From Candidatus Eiseniibacteriota bacterium (lineage in GTDB: Bacteria > Eisenbacteria > RBG-16-71-46 > DASYSL01), in the NCBI GenBank assembly GCA_031431875.1, contig JANPEF010000055.1:1-58018 (forward strand): a stretch of 58,018 bases of DNA. Reading direction: 5' to 3'. This document shows positions 27,813 through 37,480 of this stretch, piece after piece (position 1 is the stretch's first letter; every line of letters begins with the position of its first letter). The notes beneath the pieces were generated by a model. That model saw only the letters and a program-made list of their open reading frames with translations. It did not search any database and was not told where the DNA came from. The position numbers were made by a program, and so were the translations under genes.

Positions 27813-28160
27813 TCAGACCGAGAACGATTCGCCGCACGAGCATGAGCGTTTCGCGTTCGGGTTGAGGAACTTGAACCCGGTGTCCATGAGCGACTCGACG
27901 AAGTCGAGGGTGGTGCCGGCGAGGAACAGCTGGCTCTTGATGTCCAGGTAGACGCGCACGTCGTCGAACTCGACGACCTGGTCGCCCTTCTTCGCCTCGT
28001 TCTCGAAGTCGAGGAAGTAGGTCAGCCCGGAGCAGCCGCCGCCGCGCACGCCGACGCGGAAGCCGTGGCCTTCCTTGCCGTGCTTGGCCAGCAGCGCCCT
28101 CGCCCTGGCGTACGCCTTCGGCGTGATCTCGAGCAGCGGTCGCGGGTTGGTCTCGGACAT
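27813..28160 (-). CDS. iscA: A-type Fe-S carrier (HesB/IscA)
   Basis: GGGCSG and NPNAKRSCSCGESF. Confidence 0.92.
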   Translation of the reverse strand: MSETNPRPLLEITPKAYARARALLAKHGKEGHGFRVGVRGGGCSGLTYFLDFENEAKKGDQVVEFDDVRVYLDIKSQLFLAGTTLDFVESLMDTGFKFLNPNAKRSCSCGESFSV

Positions 28161-28181
28161 CGCAGGGTCTCCGTTCGTGGT

Positions 28182-29387
28182 TCAGCGGTCGCGGACGCGG
28201 GCCACGGTGGCCGGTCGCTCCGCATCGTACACCGCCGCGGACTCGCGCAGTCGCTGGACGGTTGCGATCACCCGGTCGGCGGCGAACTCGATCTCCTCGT
28301 CGGTGTTGAAGCGGCCGATCCCGAAGCGCACCGAGGCGTGGGCCCGCTCCGGCGACAGGCCGATGGCGCGCAGCACGTGCGACGGCTCGATCGACGCCGA
28401 GCTGCAGGCCGAGCCCGACGACACCGCGACGTCGCGCAGCGCCAGCAGCAGCGCCTCGCCCTCGATCCCGTCGAACGACAGGTTGAGGTTGCCGGCGAGC
28501 CGGTGCTCCAGACCGCCGTTGACGTGCACGCCGGAGACGTCGGCGACGATGCGCTCGCGCAGGCGATCCCGCAGTGCGGCAAGGCGGACGCTCTCGGCCG
28601 GGCCCTCGGCGCTGGCGAGCCCCGCCGCGGCGCCCATGCCGACGATCCCCGGGACGTTCAGCGTGCCCGAGCGCAGGCCCTTCTCGTGGCCGCCGCCGTC
28701 GATCAGCGGCGTCAGTCGCACGCGGGGTCGGCGCCTCACGAACAGCGTGCCGACGCCCTTCGGACCGTACATCTTGTGCGCCGACAGCGCGAGCAGGTCG
28801 ATCTGTGCCGCCTCGACGTCGATCTCGACGCGACCGGCGGCCTGCGCGGCATCGACTGCGAACAACACGCCGCGCTCGCGCGCGATCCGCCCCAACTCGG
28901 CGATGGGCTGGATCGTGCCGATCTCGTTGTTCGCCCACATCACGCTGGCGACGGTCGTGCCGGGGATGAGCGCGGCCGCGAACACGGCGGGATCGAGCCG
29001 GCCGTCGGCGCCGGGGGACAGGTAAGTGACGCGGAAGCCATCCTTCTCGAGCGCCAGGCAGCTGTCGAGCACCGCCTTGTGCTCGGTCGCCATGGTGACG
29101 AGATGGTCGCCTTCGGAGCGTCGGTAACGCGCGGCGCCCTTGAGCATGAGGTTGTCGCTCTCGGTTGCTCCCGAGGTGAACACGATCTCGGCCGGTGTTG
29201 CACCGATCAGCGCCGCGACCTGCGCCCGCGCGGACTCCACCGCCTCCTCGGCCTGCCAGCCGAAGACATGGTTGCGGCTCGCCGCGTTCCCGAACAGCGT
29301 GGTGAACGTCGGCAACATGGCCGCCACGACGCGCGGGTCGCATGGGGTCGTGGCGTGGTTGTCGAGGTAGACCGGGGGCGTGATCAT
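28182..29387 (-). CDS. iscS: Cysteine desulfurase, class I
   Basis: [35 protein letters not shown]. Confidence 0.95.
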   Translation of the reverse strand: MITPPVYLDNHATTPCDPRVVAAMLPTFTTLFGNAASRNHVFGWQAEEAVESARAQVAALIGATPAEIVFTSGATESDNLMLKGAARYRRSEGDHLVTMATEHKAVLDSCLALEKDGFRVTYLSPGADGRLDPAVFAAALIPGTTVASVMWANNEIGTIQPIAELGRIARERGVLFAVDAAQAAGRVEIDVEAAQIDLLALSAHKMYGPKGVGTLFVRRRPRVRLTPLIDGGGHEKGLRSGTLNVPGIVGMGAAAGLASAEGPAESVRLAALRDRLRERIVADVSGVHVNGGLEHRLAGNLNLSFDGIEGEALLLALRDVAVSSGSACSSASIEPSHVLRAIGLSPERAHASVRFGIGRFNTDEEIEFAADRVIATVQRLRESAAVYDAERPATVARVRDR

Positions 29388-29510
29388 GGGCTCTCCTGCC
29401 TCCATCATAGCTTGCTTTGGCTGGGCCCGTGGCGGCGGGCTTGCATGTTCTTGTCCGGATCGCGGACTCCGTCCGTTGCTTTCGCCGACGGACGCCCGTA
29501 GGGTCCGGCC

Positions 29511-30362
29511 ATGCCCCGCCTTAGCTCACTTGCGGCCCTTGCGGCCGCGAGTGTTCTTGCCGCCGTTCCCGGTCCCGTCGCCGCCCGTCCCCCGGGGACG
29601 GTGGGCGAGATCCTGCTGTCTGAGCGTGCGGCCTCGGCCCTGGGTGCCGCCGCCGGCGACACGATCGAGGCGGCTGCCGGTGCGACCTTCGCCGTGCCCG
29701 AACGCTACCGCGTCCTGAGCGTCTACCGCCCCTCGGCCGATCCGGTCGAGGTGGGGCGCGACACGCGCTTCGTGCGCTTCCATGCCGACGACCTCGAACG
29801 CCTCGCCGCGCAGCCCGACCAGGTGCAGCGCTTCGTGATCCGCCTGCGCGACCCCGCGCGGGCTGACGAGGTGCGCGAACGCCTCAACGCCGACGGCGTC
29901 GGCTTCGACGCGTACACCAGCCGCGAGCTCGCGGCGCGGACCTCGGGCACGTTCGTCGTCATCGCGCGATTCCAGCGGGCGATCGCGTGGCTCACGCTCG
30001 TGGCGGGGGCGGTGTTCCTGGTCACGCTCATGGTGCTCAAGGTCGAGGAGCGGCGGCGCGACCTGGCGGCGCTGTCGCTGCTGGGCATCTCACGGCGGAC
30101 GATCGTCGGCGGGCTCGTCGTCGAGGCGGTGCTGGTGGCGCTCGTGGGCGGGATCGCCGGGGTGGGCCTGGGGCTCGTGGCCTCGTCCGGCATCAACGCC
30201 TACTTCCGCGCGTACTACCGCACGGACCTCGTTTTCTCGGCGGTGAGCGCGGCGACGGCGGGCACGGCTGTCGCGCTCGCGCTGCCGCTGGGCGTGGCTG
30301 CGGCGGCACTCGCCGCGTGGCGCCTGCTCGGGCGACGCGAGCTGACGCGGGGTGCGCGATGA
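29511..30362 (+). CDS. FtsX/MacB-type ABC permease (short, lacks canonical TM1 region)
   Basis: Signal-like N-terminus, periplasmic segment, [16 protein letters not shown]-terminal TM helices. Confidence 0.8.
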   Translation: MPRLSSLAALAAASVLAAVPGPVAARPPGTVGEILLSERAASALGAAAGDTIEAAAGATFAVPERYRVLSVYRPSADPVEVGRDTRFVRFHADDLERLAAQPDQVQRFVIRLRDPARADEVRERLNADGVGFDAYTSRELAARTSGTFVVIARFQRAIAWLTLVAGAVFLVTLMVLKVEERRRDLAALSLLGISRRTIVGGLVVEAVLVALVGGIAGVGLGLVASSGINAYFRAYYRTDLVFSAVSAATAGTAVALALPLGVAAAALAAWRLLGRRELTRGAR

Positions 30363-31537
30363 TCGGATTCCTGGCGCGGCGCAACCTGCTGCGTCAGCGC
30401 TCGCGCACCATCCTCACCGTTCTGGGTCTGGCCGTCTCGACCGCGCTCCTCTACGACATGGCGCTGCTGTCGCGCGGGCTGCGGGCGAGCCTCGACACGG
30501 TGCTCGGCGAGATCGGCTACGAGCTGCGCATTCTCCCCTCGGGCAGCCTGCCGTTCTCGAGCGAGGCGGCGCTCACCAGCGGGCGCTCGCTCGCCGCGGT
30601 GCTCGATTCGCTGCCGGGTGTCGCCCACGTCGAGCCGCTGTGGGCGACGACGCTGTACCTGGTGCGCGCCGGCGGGGACGCCCCGGTGTCGGCGTTCGCG
30701 CTCGGCATCGACCCCGCGCGCCAGACGCTGTACCGGCTCGAGCGCGGAACCGCCGAGGGGCTGGTGATCAACGCCCGGGTCGCCGACTCGCTGCGGGTCG
30801 ACGTGGGCGACACGCTCGTCGTCGCCGCCGGGCTCGATGCGATCGGCGGCGGCGTCGCCCGCGGCGCGCGTCAGGCGGTCACCGGCGTGGCACGGGTGCG
30901 CTTCGACCTGGCGGACCAGCGCACGGTGATCCTGCCGCTGAGCGGGCTTCAGGCGCTGGCTGGGCGCTCTGCGGAGGATCCGGCATCGTTTCTGCTGGGC
31001 AAGCTCGAACCCGGGGTCGCCGCCGAACCGATCCTGCGCGCGTTCCGGGATCGCCATCCGGAAACCGACGCGTATTCGGTCGCCGACCTGCTGTCGCAGG
31101 TGCGCGGGCAGCTGTCGTACTTCCAGCAGTTCTCGCTGATTCTCGGCACGGTCAGCCTGCTCGTCACCTTCCTGATGATCCTCACGCTGCTCACCCTGTC
31201 GGTGAACGAGCGGCAGGGTGAGTTCGCGATCCTGCGCGCGCTCGGGCTGCCGGCGCACCGGGTTGTGCAGCTCGTGCTGGTCGAAGGTCTCGCGCTGACG
31301 CTGCTCGCGATCGGCCCCGGCATCGCGATCGGCACACTCGCCTCGCACGCGCTCGATGCGATCCTGCGCAGTTCGCCCGGATTGCCGCCCGACCTCTCCT
31401 TCTTCGTGTTCACCCCGGAGGCGTTGTTCTCGACGTTCGGGCTCGTCGTCGTCACCGGGGCGCTGGCCGGCGCCTACCCCGCGCTGTTGGCCGCTCGCAC
31501 CGACGTCGTTCGCACGCTGCACCAGGAGGTGACGTGA
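30359..31537 (+). CDS. FtsX/MacB-type ABC permease
   Basis: RNLLRQRSRTILT, SVNERQGEFAILRALG, YPALLAAR. Confidence 0.9.
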   Translation: MIGFLARRNLLRQRSRTILTVLGLAVSTALLYDMALLSRGLRASLDTVLGEIGYELRILPSGSLPFSSEAALTSGRSLAAVLDSLPGVAHVEPLWATTLYLVRAGGDAPVSAFALGIDPARQTLYRLERGTAEGLVINARVADSLRVDVGDTLVVAAGLDAIGGGVARGARQAVTGVARVRFDLADQRTVILPLSGLQALAGRSAEDPASFLLGKLEPGVAAEPILRAFRDRHPETDAYSVADLLSQVRGQLSYFQQFSLILGTVSLLVTFLMILTLLTLSVNERQGEFAILRALGLPAHRVVQLVLVEGLALTLLAIGPGIAIGTLASHALDAILRSSPGLPPDLSFFVFTPEALFSTFGLVVVTGALAGAYPALLAARTDVVRTLHQEVT

Positions 31538-32250
31538 TTCCTGTCCCCGCGCCGGCCGCGGCGCGCCCCGACGTGGTGGTCGCCGCGTGCGAGGCGACGA
31601 AACTCTACCCGATGGCCGCCGGCGACGTGCACGCGCTGCGCGGAGTGAACCTCGAGGTGCCGAGCGGTGACTACCTGACGCTCATGGGCCCCAGCGGCTG
31701 CGGCAAGAGCACGCTCCTGAACCTGTTCGGCGCGGTCGACCTGCCCAGCGCCGGCACGATCGAGCTCGAAGGCGTCGACACCCGCGCCCTCGACGACGGC
31801 GCGCGCACGAAGCTGCGGCTGACGCGTGTGGGGTTCATCTTCCAACGTTTCTTCCTGCTGCCCATGCTCACTGCGTACGAGAACGTCCTCCTGCCCATGC
31901 TCGAGGCCCGCGTCCCCAAGGCCGAACGCGAGGCCCGCGCCCGCGAGCTGCTCGACTACGTGGGCCTCGACGCGCGCCGCGATCACCGGCCATCCCAGCT
32001 GTCGGGCGGCGAGATGCAGCGCGTCGCGATCGCCCGCGCACTCTCGAACCGGCCACGCCTGCTGCTCGCCGACGAACCCACGGGCGAGCTCGACGAGGCC
32101 ACCGGCGACGCGATCGCCCGCCTGTTCCGCCGCCTGCACGGCGACGGGCTCACACTCGTGCTGGTGACGCACAATCCCGACCTGGCGGCCCAGGGACGCC
32201 GCACGCTCCACCTGCGCGATGGGCGCATCGTCGAGGAGACGTTTCACTGA
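31534..32250 (+). CDS. ABC ATP-binding protein (LolD/MacB-like)
   Basis: GPSGCGKST, LSGGEMQRVAIARAL, ADEPTG, VTH. Confidence 0.95.
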   Translation: MIPVPAPAAARPDVVVAACEATKLYPMAAGDVHALRGVNLEVPSGDYLTLMGPSGCGKSTLLNLFGAVDLPSAGTIELEGVDTRALDDGARTKLRLTRVGFIFQRFFLLPMLTAYENVLLPMLEARVPKAEREARARELLDYVGLDARRDHRPSQLSGGEMQRVAIARALSNRPRLLLADEPTGELDEATGDAIARLFRRLHGDGLTLVLVTHNPDLAAQGRRTLHLRDGRIVEETFH

Positions 32251-33788
32251 TGTGGCTCCTGGCGCGGCGCAATCTCGAAGTGCGGCCTGGGCGGACGCTC
32301 CTGTTCCTCGGCGGCTTCGCGCTGGCGGTCGGCGTGATGATCGCGCTGCTGTCGGTGGGCGAGGCGATCGTCGAGCAGGCGCGCGACGCGGACCTGGTCG
32401 GCGGGGGGGACCTCGTGCTCGTGCCCGCGGGCACGGACGTCGAGGTGCTCAAGCTCGGCGGTGTCACCGCGATGTTCGCCACGATCCCGAACGCGCGCTT
32501 CATCCAGCGCCAGCTGCTCGGCGGCCCGCGTTACGCCGACGTGATCGCCGCCGCCGCGCCCTCCTGGTCGGGTCGTCCGGTGTTCCTGCGCACCGCTTCC
32601 GGCGGGCCGATCGTGCAGGGGATCGCCAGCGCGACCGTACCATCGCTCGAGCGCGCGGTCGGGGCCTCGAGCCTGCCGCCGGAGTGGACGGACTCGCCCG
32701 GCGAGGCGTTGCTCGCCACGATGGCCGGTCCGGCGCTGTACGACGAGATGGACCGCTGGCACCGACCGGACCCGGCGCATCCGGATCGCGCGCGCTGGGC
32801 CGAGTGGCAGTACTTCAACGTGCTCGATCCGGCCAGCGGGCGGTATGCGTACCTGTCGTTCCTCGTCGCCGGCGATGTGCATGCCGGTCGCGGCGTGGGC
32901 GGCCTCTCGATCCAGCTCGGTGGGCCCGGCGTGCCGGCCGCGCGCCACGCGTTCGCCGTGCCGATCGACCCGTCGGCGACCGACTCGACCGGCGTGGGCT
33001 TCACGGTCGGCGGCGCGTCGGTGCGGCTCGAGAACGGCGTGTACCGGCTGCGCGCGGGCTTCGCCGACCAGGCGACCGGTCGCCCCGTCGGGCTCGACCT
33101 CACGGTCACGCCGACGCCGCGCGCGTACTTCCCGCCGGTGATCCTGCGCGGCGCCGACGGTTTCGAGTCGGGATATGCCGTCCCGGCGTTGCTGGCTCGC
33201 GCCACGGGGACGGTCGATGTCGCTGGACGCGTTACGCGCTTCGAGGACGCGCTCTCGTACCACGACCACAACTGGGGCACGTGGCGCAACGTGGCGTGGG
33301 ACTGGGGACAGGTGCAGAGCCCCGACGCGCGATTTGCGATCGTGTACGCGGTCGTCCACGCGCCGGAACTGGAGCGTGCGGGGCAGGGTGGGCGGCACTT
33401 CGCGATCATCAGCTCGGACGAGGGCTTCCTGGGCGTGTTGCGCCCTGAGCGGATCACGTACGCGGGCTGGCACGAAGGTCCCATCGTCGCGGGCCGACGC
33501 GTGCGAGTCCCGGGCGTCGTTCACTTCGCGGCCGCGTCGGCAGGCGACTCGCTTGACGTGCGCCTGGCGGTCGAGGACGTGACCGCGTCGCTTCCGGCGG
33601 GGGACCCACGCGACGACGGTGCCGGCATCGGGCTCGGCGGTGGACGGGTGTTCCTGCAGATGCGGGGACAGTGGACGGTGCGCGGGCGGGTGGCGGGTCG
33701 CGCACTCGACTTCGACGCGCCCGGGGCGGCCGAGACCTTCGTGGAGCGCCCGATCGCCGGTGCTGCGGCGCGTCCCTCGGCGAACTGA
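32250..33788 (+). CDS. Fusion of permease N-terminus (TM1 plus partial periplasmic domain) and AttH/CrtC-like lipocalin domain
   Basis: MWLLARRNL..RPGRTLL permease start, then WAEWQYF, YHDHNWG and WDWG motifs. Confidence 0.75.
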   Translation: MWLLARRNLEVRPGRTLLFLGGFALAVGVMIALLSVGEAIVEQARDADLVGGGDLVLVPAGTDVEVLKLGGVTAMFATIPNARFIQRQLLGGPRYADVIAAAAPSWSGRPVFLRTASGGPIVQGIASATVPSLERAVGASSLPPEWTDSPGEALLATMAGPALYDEMDRWHRPDPAHPDRARWAEWQYFNVLDPASGRYAYLSFLVAGDVHAGRGVGGLSIQLGGPGVPAARHAFAVPIDPSATDSTGVGFTVGGASVRLENGVYRLRAGFADQATGRPVGLDLTVTPTPRAYFPPVILRGADGFESGYAVPALLARATGTVDVAGRVTRFEDALSYHDHNWGTWRNVAWDWGQVQSPDARFAIVYAVVHAPELERAGQGGRHFAIISSDEGFLGVLRPERITYAGWHEGPIVAGRRVRVPGVVHFAAASAGDSLDVRLAVEDVTASLPAGDPRDDGAGIGLGGGRVFLQMRGQWTVRGRVAGRALDFDAPGAAETFVERPIAGAAARPSAN

Positions 33789-33797
33789 AAAACCTGT

Positions 33798-33826
33798 TTG
33801 ACGTCCGGTCCGGGCTGGGGCAATCT
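33798..33826 (+). promoter_or_regulatory. sigma70-type promoter
   Basis: TTGACG-N17-CAATCT. Confidence 0.55.
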
Positions 33827-33835
33827 GGGGTCTGT

Positions 33836-33854
33836 ATTGAGACTGAGTCTCAAT
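33836..33854. promoter_or_regulatory. Perfect 9-1-9 operator, Fur-box-like
   Basis: ATTGAGACT-G-AGTCTCAAT, lying just downstream of the predicted transcription start. Confidence 0.75.
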
Positions 33855-33883
33855 TGCAGATCGTCTATTTCCCGGAGGTCCGG

Positions 33884-36193
33884 ATGTCGTCCCCTCGCCG
33901 TCGCTTCGCCCGTCGCCTGTTCCCGTGCATCGCCCTGCTCCTCGGCCTTCTCCCCTTGCCCGCCTCGGCGGTGACGAGCCTCACGCTCGAGCGCGAGCGC
34001 GTCCTCATGGGGACCCGCTGTGCGCTCGTTCTGCACGGCGAGGATCGCGAGGCGCTGGACGCCGCCGCGACCGCCGCTTTCGATGCGATCGCGCGTTGCG
34101 AGGACGAGGCGAGCAACTGGCGCAACGACTCCGAGCTGGCTCGCGTCAACGCGGCGGCCGGAAGGGTCACGCCGGTCTCGCCCGGCCTGTTCGCGATCCT
34201 TGCATCCGCCCGAAAGTGGGCCGAGCGGACCGCCGGAGCATTCGACGCGACGGTCGAGCCACTGACGCGCGCGTACGACCTGCGCGCAGCAGGACGGTTG
34301 CCTGACGCGGTGACGCTCGCCGCCGCGCGCGCCCTGGTCGCGGGGCGCACGGTGGAACTCGATGCCGTTGCCCGGACGGTGCTCCTTCCCCGTGCCGGGA
34401 TGGCGTTTGACCTGGGTGGAATCGCCAAGGGTGAGGCGCTCGACCGCGCGGTCGATGTGCTGCGTGCCCGCGGGGTGAAGAGCGCGCTGCTCAACTTCGG
34501 AGGCCAGGTGAGCGCGCTCGGCGCCCCGGCCGGCGCCGAGGCGTGGACGGTCACACTGGCCGACCCGCGCGATCGTGCGCGAGGCGTGACGACGATCGCG
34601 CTCAAGGACGCGTCGGTGTCGACGTCGGCGGCCAGCGAACATGCGCTGCCGGTCGGCGACACGATGCTCAACCACATCCTCGATCCGCGCACCGGCCTGC
34701 CGGCCGCGGACTGGGGTGCGGCGGCGGTGATCGCGACCCGCGGCGTCGATGCCGATGCGGCGTCGACCGCGCTCTACGTGATGGGCCCCGCTGCGGCGCG
34801 GGCGTTCGTGCGGGACGCCGGTGACCTCGAAGCGGTGCTCCTCGTCGACGATGCCACGGTCGCCGGCGGCGTGCGGGTCGAGCGGGTCGGTCCGGCCATC
34901 GCGATGCTGGCCGCGGTGGGAGCGGCAGATCCGGCGAAGCCGTCGTCGCTGGCTGCGCCCTCGAACGACGAACTGGCGCGGCGGATCGAGGTGCTCTCGG
35001 GTGAACTCGACGACCTGAAGCTGGGCGAGGTGGCCGCCCCCGCGAGCACGTCGCGCTACGGCCTGGGGCCCGCGGCGTCGAAGGTCTACGGCGTGAAGCA
35101 GGGCGTCTCGCTCGGCGGCTACGGCGAGATGCTGTACGAGAACTTCGCGGCCGAGCGCGAGGATGGCGTGACCCAGTTCACGCCCGACCAGATCGACTTC
35201 CTGCGGGCGATCGTCTACGTCGGCTACAAGTTCTCGGACAAGATCGTCTTCAACTCGGAACTCGAGTTCGAGCACGCGACGACTGGCAAGCGCGGTTCGG
35301 TCTCGGTCGAGTTCGCTTGCCTCGACTATCTCGCCAGGCCGGCGATCAACCTGCGCGCCGGCATGGTGCTGCCGCCGATGGGCTTCGTGAACGAGTTGCA
35401 CGAGCCGCCGACCTTCCTCGGCGCACGGCGTCCCGAGGTCGAGCAGCGCATCATCCCGTCGACCTGGCGCGCGAACGGTCTCGGCGTCTTCGGGGAGACC
35501 GCATCGGGCCTCTCCTATCGCGCCTACGTCGTCGAGAGCTTCCGCGGCGTCGCCAACGCGGGGCAGTCGATCCGCGGTTTCACCGCCGCCGACGGCGTGC
35601 GCGAGGCGCGGCAGAGCGGCTCGTTCGCCCGGGTCGAACAGTGGGGGCTGACCGGACTGGTCGAGTACCGTCGCGGTGGCGTCCGCGCCGGGATCTCGGG
35701 CTTCACCGGTGGAGCGGCGCAGGGGGACACCACCGCCGCGGGCGAATCGTTCACCGGGCAGACGCAGATCTGGGAGGCGCACGGCGAGTACAAGGGCCGC
35801 GGCCTGTCGCTGCGCGCGCTCTACGCGTACGGATCGATCGACGAGCCCGAGCGCTTCAACGAACGGAACGCGGTCGCGCCCGGGAGCAATGCCTCGGTCG
35901 GTTCGCGCCAGTTCGGCTGGTACGCCGAGGCTGGCTACGACGTGCTGCGCCTGTTCGCCCCGGGATCGGAGTGGACCGTCACCCCGTACGTGCGTTACGA
36001 GCGGTACGATACCCAGGACGAGGTTCCCGTCGGGTACGCGGCGAATCCGGCGAACGACCGCACGCTCGTGACCGCCGGTGCGGCCCTGTACCCGCATCCG
36101 CAGGTCGTCCTCAAGGCGGACCAGCAGTGGCGCATGAACGAGGCCGAGACCGGGCAGAATCAGTTCAACGTCGCGCTCGGGTACCTGTTCTGA
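33884..36193 (+). CDS. apbE: ApbE flavin transferase fused to an outer-membrane porin-like beta-barrel
   Basis: Signal peptide. ApbE motifs MGT, SELARVN, GAFDATV, DLGGIAKG, STS, HILDPRTG, ADAASTA. Then a coiled coil and a barrel (GGYGE, FNSELEFEH, terminal GYLF). No stop between the domains. Confidence 0.88.
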   Translation: MSSPRRRFARRLFPCIALLLGLLPLPASAVTSLTLERERVLMGTRCALVLHGEDREALDAAATAAFDAIARCEDEASNWRNDSELARVNAAAGRVTPVSPGLFAILASARKWAERTAGAFDATVEPLTRAYDLRAAGRLPDAVTLAAARALVAGRTVELDAVARTVLLPRAGMAFDLGGIAKGEALDRAVDVLRARGVKSALLNFGGQVSALGAPAGAEAWTVTLADPRDRARGVTTIALKDASVSTSAASEHALPVGDTMLNHILDPRTGLPAADWGAAAVIATRGVDADAASTALYVMGPAAARAFVRDAGDLEAVLLVDDATVAGGVRVERVGPAIAMLAAVGAADPAKPSSLAAPSNDELARRIEVLSGELDDLKLGEVAAPASTSRYGLGPAASKVYGVKQGVSLGGYGEMLYENFAAEREDGVTQFTPDQIDFLRAIVYVGYKFSDKIVFNSELEFEHATTGKRGSVSVEFACLDYLARPAINLRAGMVLPPMGFVNELHEPPTFLGARRPEVEQRIIPSTWRANGLGVFGETASGLSYRAYVVESFRGVANAGQSIRGFTAADGVREARQSGSFARVEQWGLTGLVEYRRGGVRAGISGFTGGAAQGDTTAAGESFTGQTQIWEAHGEYKGRGLSLRALYAYGSIDEPERFNERNAVAPGSNASVGSRQFGWYAEAGYDVLRLFAPGSEWTVTPYVRYERYDTQDEVPVGYAANPANDRTLVTAGAALYPHPQVVLKADQQWRMNEAETGQNQFNVALGYLF

Positions 36194-36771
36194 GTTCGCA
36201 CTCGCGTCGCCACGCCCGGCTCGCCATCATGCTCCTCGGCGTGATGGTGGGCAGCGGCGTCGCCGAGGCAAAGACCTATCTGTCGCGGGAGCGCGCGCTG
36301 GCCCAGGCATTCGGCGCCGACGCAACGATCGAGTCGCACGCCGTGTTCCTCACCGCCGAAGCCGCGAAGCGGGCCGAGACGGCGGCTGGCGCGAAGCTCG
36401 CGACGCCGCGGGTGACGGCCTGGGTCGGCCGGAGGGGGGATCGCATGCTCGGCACGGCCTACCTCGACACGCACCTGGTGCGCTCGATGAAGGAGACTGT
36501 GTTGGTCGTCGTCTCGCCGGCGCGCCGGGTCATGGCCGTCGAGGTGCTCGCCTTCAACGAGCCCGAGGACTACCTGCCGCCACGCCGCTGGCTCGATACG
36601 TTTGCGGATCGTGCACTCTCGCGCGATCTCAAGCCCGGTGCGGCGGTGCCGCACCTGGGCGGTGCGACGCTGACGGCACGCGCGGTGGCGACGGCCGTCC
36701 GGAGGACGCTCGCACTGCACGTCGAGGTCGAGGCCGCGCTGGCCACCGGCGCAGCGACGGGGGGGCGATGA
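36190..36771 (+). CDS. Extracytoplasmic FMN-binding domain protein (ApbE substrate)
   Basis: Signal peptide, EPEDY, flavinylation-like motif LGGATLT. Start is CTG 36190 or ATG 36229. Confidence 0.82.
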   Translation: MSSHSRRHARLAIMLLGVMVGSGVAEAKTYLSRERALAQAFGADATIESHAVFLTAEAAKRAETAAGAKLATPRVTAWVGRRGDRMLGTAYLDTHLVRSMKETVLVVVSPARRVMAVEVLAFNEPEDYLPPRRWLDTFADRALSRDLKPGAAVPHLGGATLTARAVATAVRRTLALHVEVEAALATGAATGGR

Positions 36772-37304
36772 AGTACATGCAGAACGGCGGCTTCCGCAAT
36801 CACCCGCTGATGCGGCTCACGCTGGGCGGGGCGCTCGTCCTGCTCGCCGGGTTCTGGATCACGACGGCGCTCATGTACTTCCGCGCCATGACGCTCGATC
36901 CCGCCTCGGTCGTCGCCTATTACCGGGGGGACGAGGCGCGCTTCCTCGAGCCGCGGACCTACGGGTCGATGCTCGAGGTGACCCACACGCACCTGCCGAT
37001 GATGGCGCTGGTGATGCTGCTCCTCACCCACCTGGCGATCTTCATCCCGTGGTCGCAGGGCCGGCGGGCGGCGTTGATCGTCGCCGCGTTCGGGTTCGCC
37101 CTGGGCGGCGAGGCCGCCGGATGGCTGGTCCGCTTCGTGTCCCCGGGCTGGGCCCCGCTCAAGGTGTTCTGCTTCCTGGGGCTCGAGGCGACCCTGGCCT
37201 TCCTGCTCACTGGACTGGCCCTGTACCTGTTTGCGAGCGACCGGCCGGGGGCCCGCTCGAACGTCCGGGCGGAGACCATGCAGGGCGAGGAGTACGGGGA
37301 GTAA
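36768..37304 (+). CDS. Four-TM membrane protein with intramembrane histidines
   Basis: ATGA coupling. Hydrophobic helices including THTHLPMMALVMLLLTHL. Confidence 0.8.
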   Translation: MKYMQNGGFRNHPLMRLTLGGALVLLAGFWITTALMYFRAMTLDPASVVAYYRGDEARFLEPRTYGSMLEVTHTHLPMMALVMLLLTHLAIFIPWSQGRRAALIVAAFGFALGGEAAGWLVRFVSPGWAPLKVFCFLGLEATLAFLLTGLALYLFASDRPGARSNVRAETMQGEEYGE

Positions 37305-37447
37305 GTCGCTGTCGCACAGTGATTCGGGTGTTTTGTTTCGTGCAGGTTGCGAGATATCGGGGCGCGCCCGCCGCAGGATGAAACCAGGGCTCTTCGCCCG
37401 GCCGGGTGGGAGTCACCCGGAAAATCTACGCCGTCGCGGGATCGGTC

Positions 37448-37476
37448 TTGACCCGCTTCGGGGCCGGGTCCAGACT
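37448..37476 (+). promoter_or_regulatory. sigma70-type promoter of candidate sRNA
   Basis: TTGACC-N17-CAGACT. Confidence 0.55.
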
Positions 37477-37480
37477 CTAG

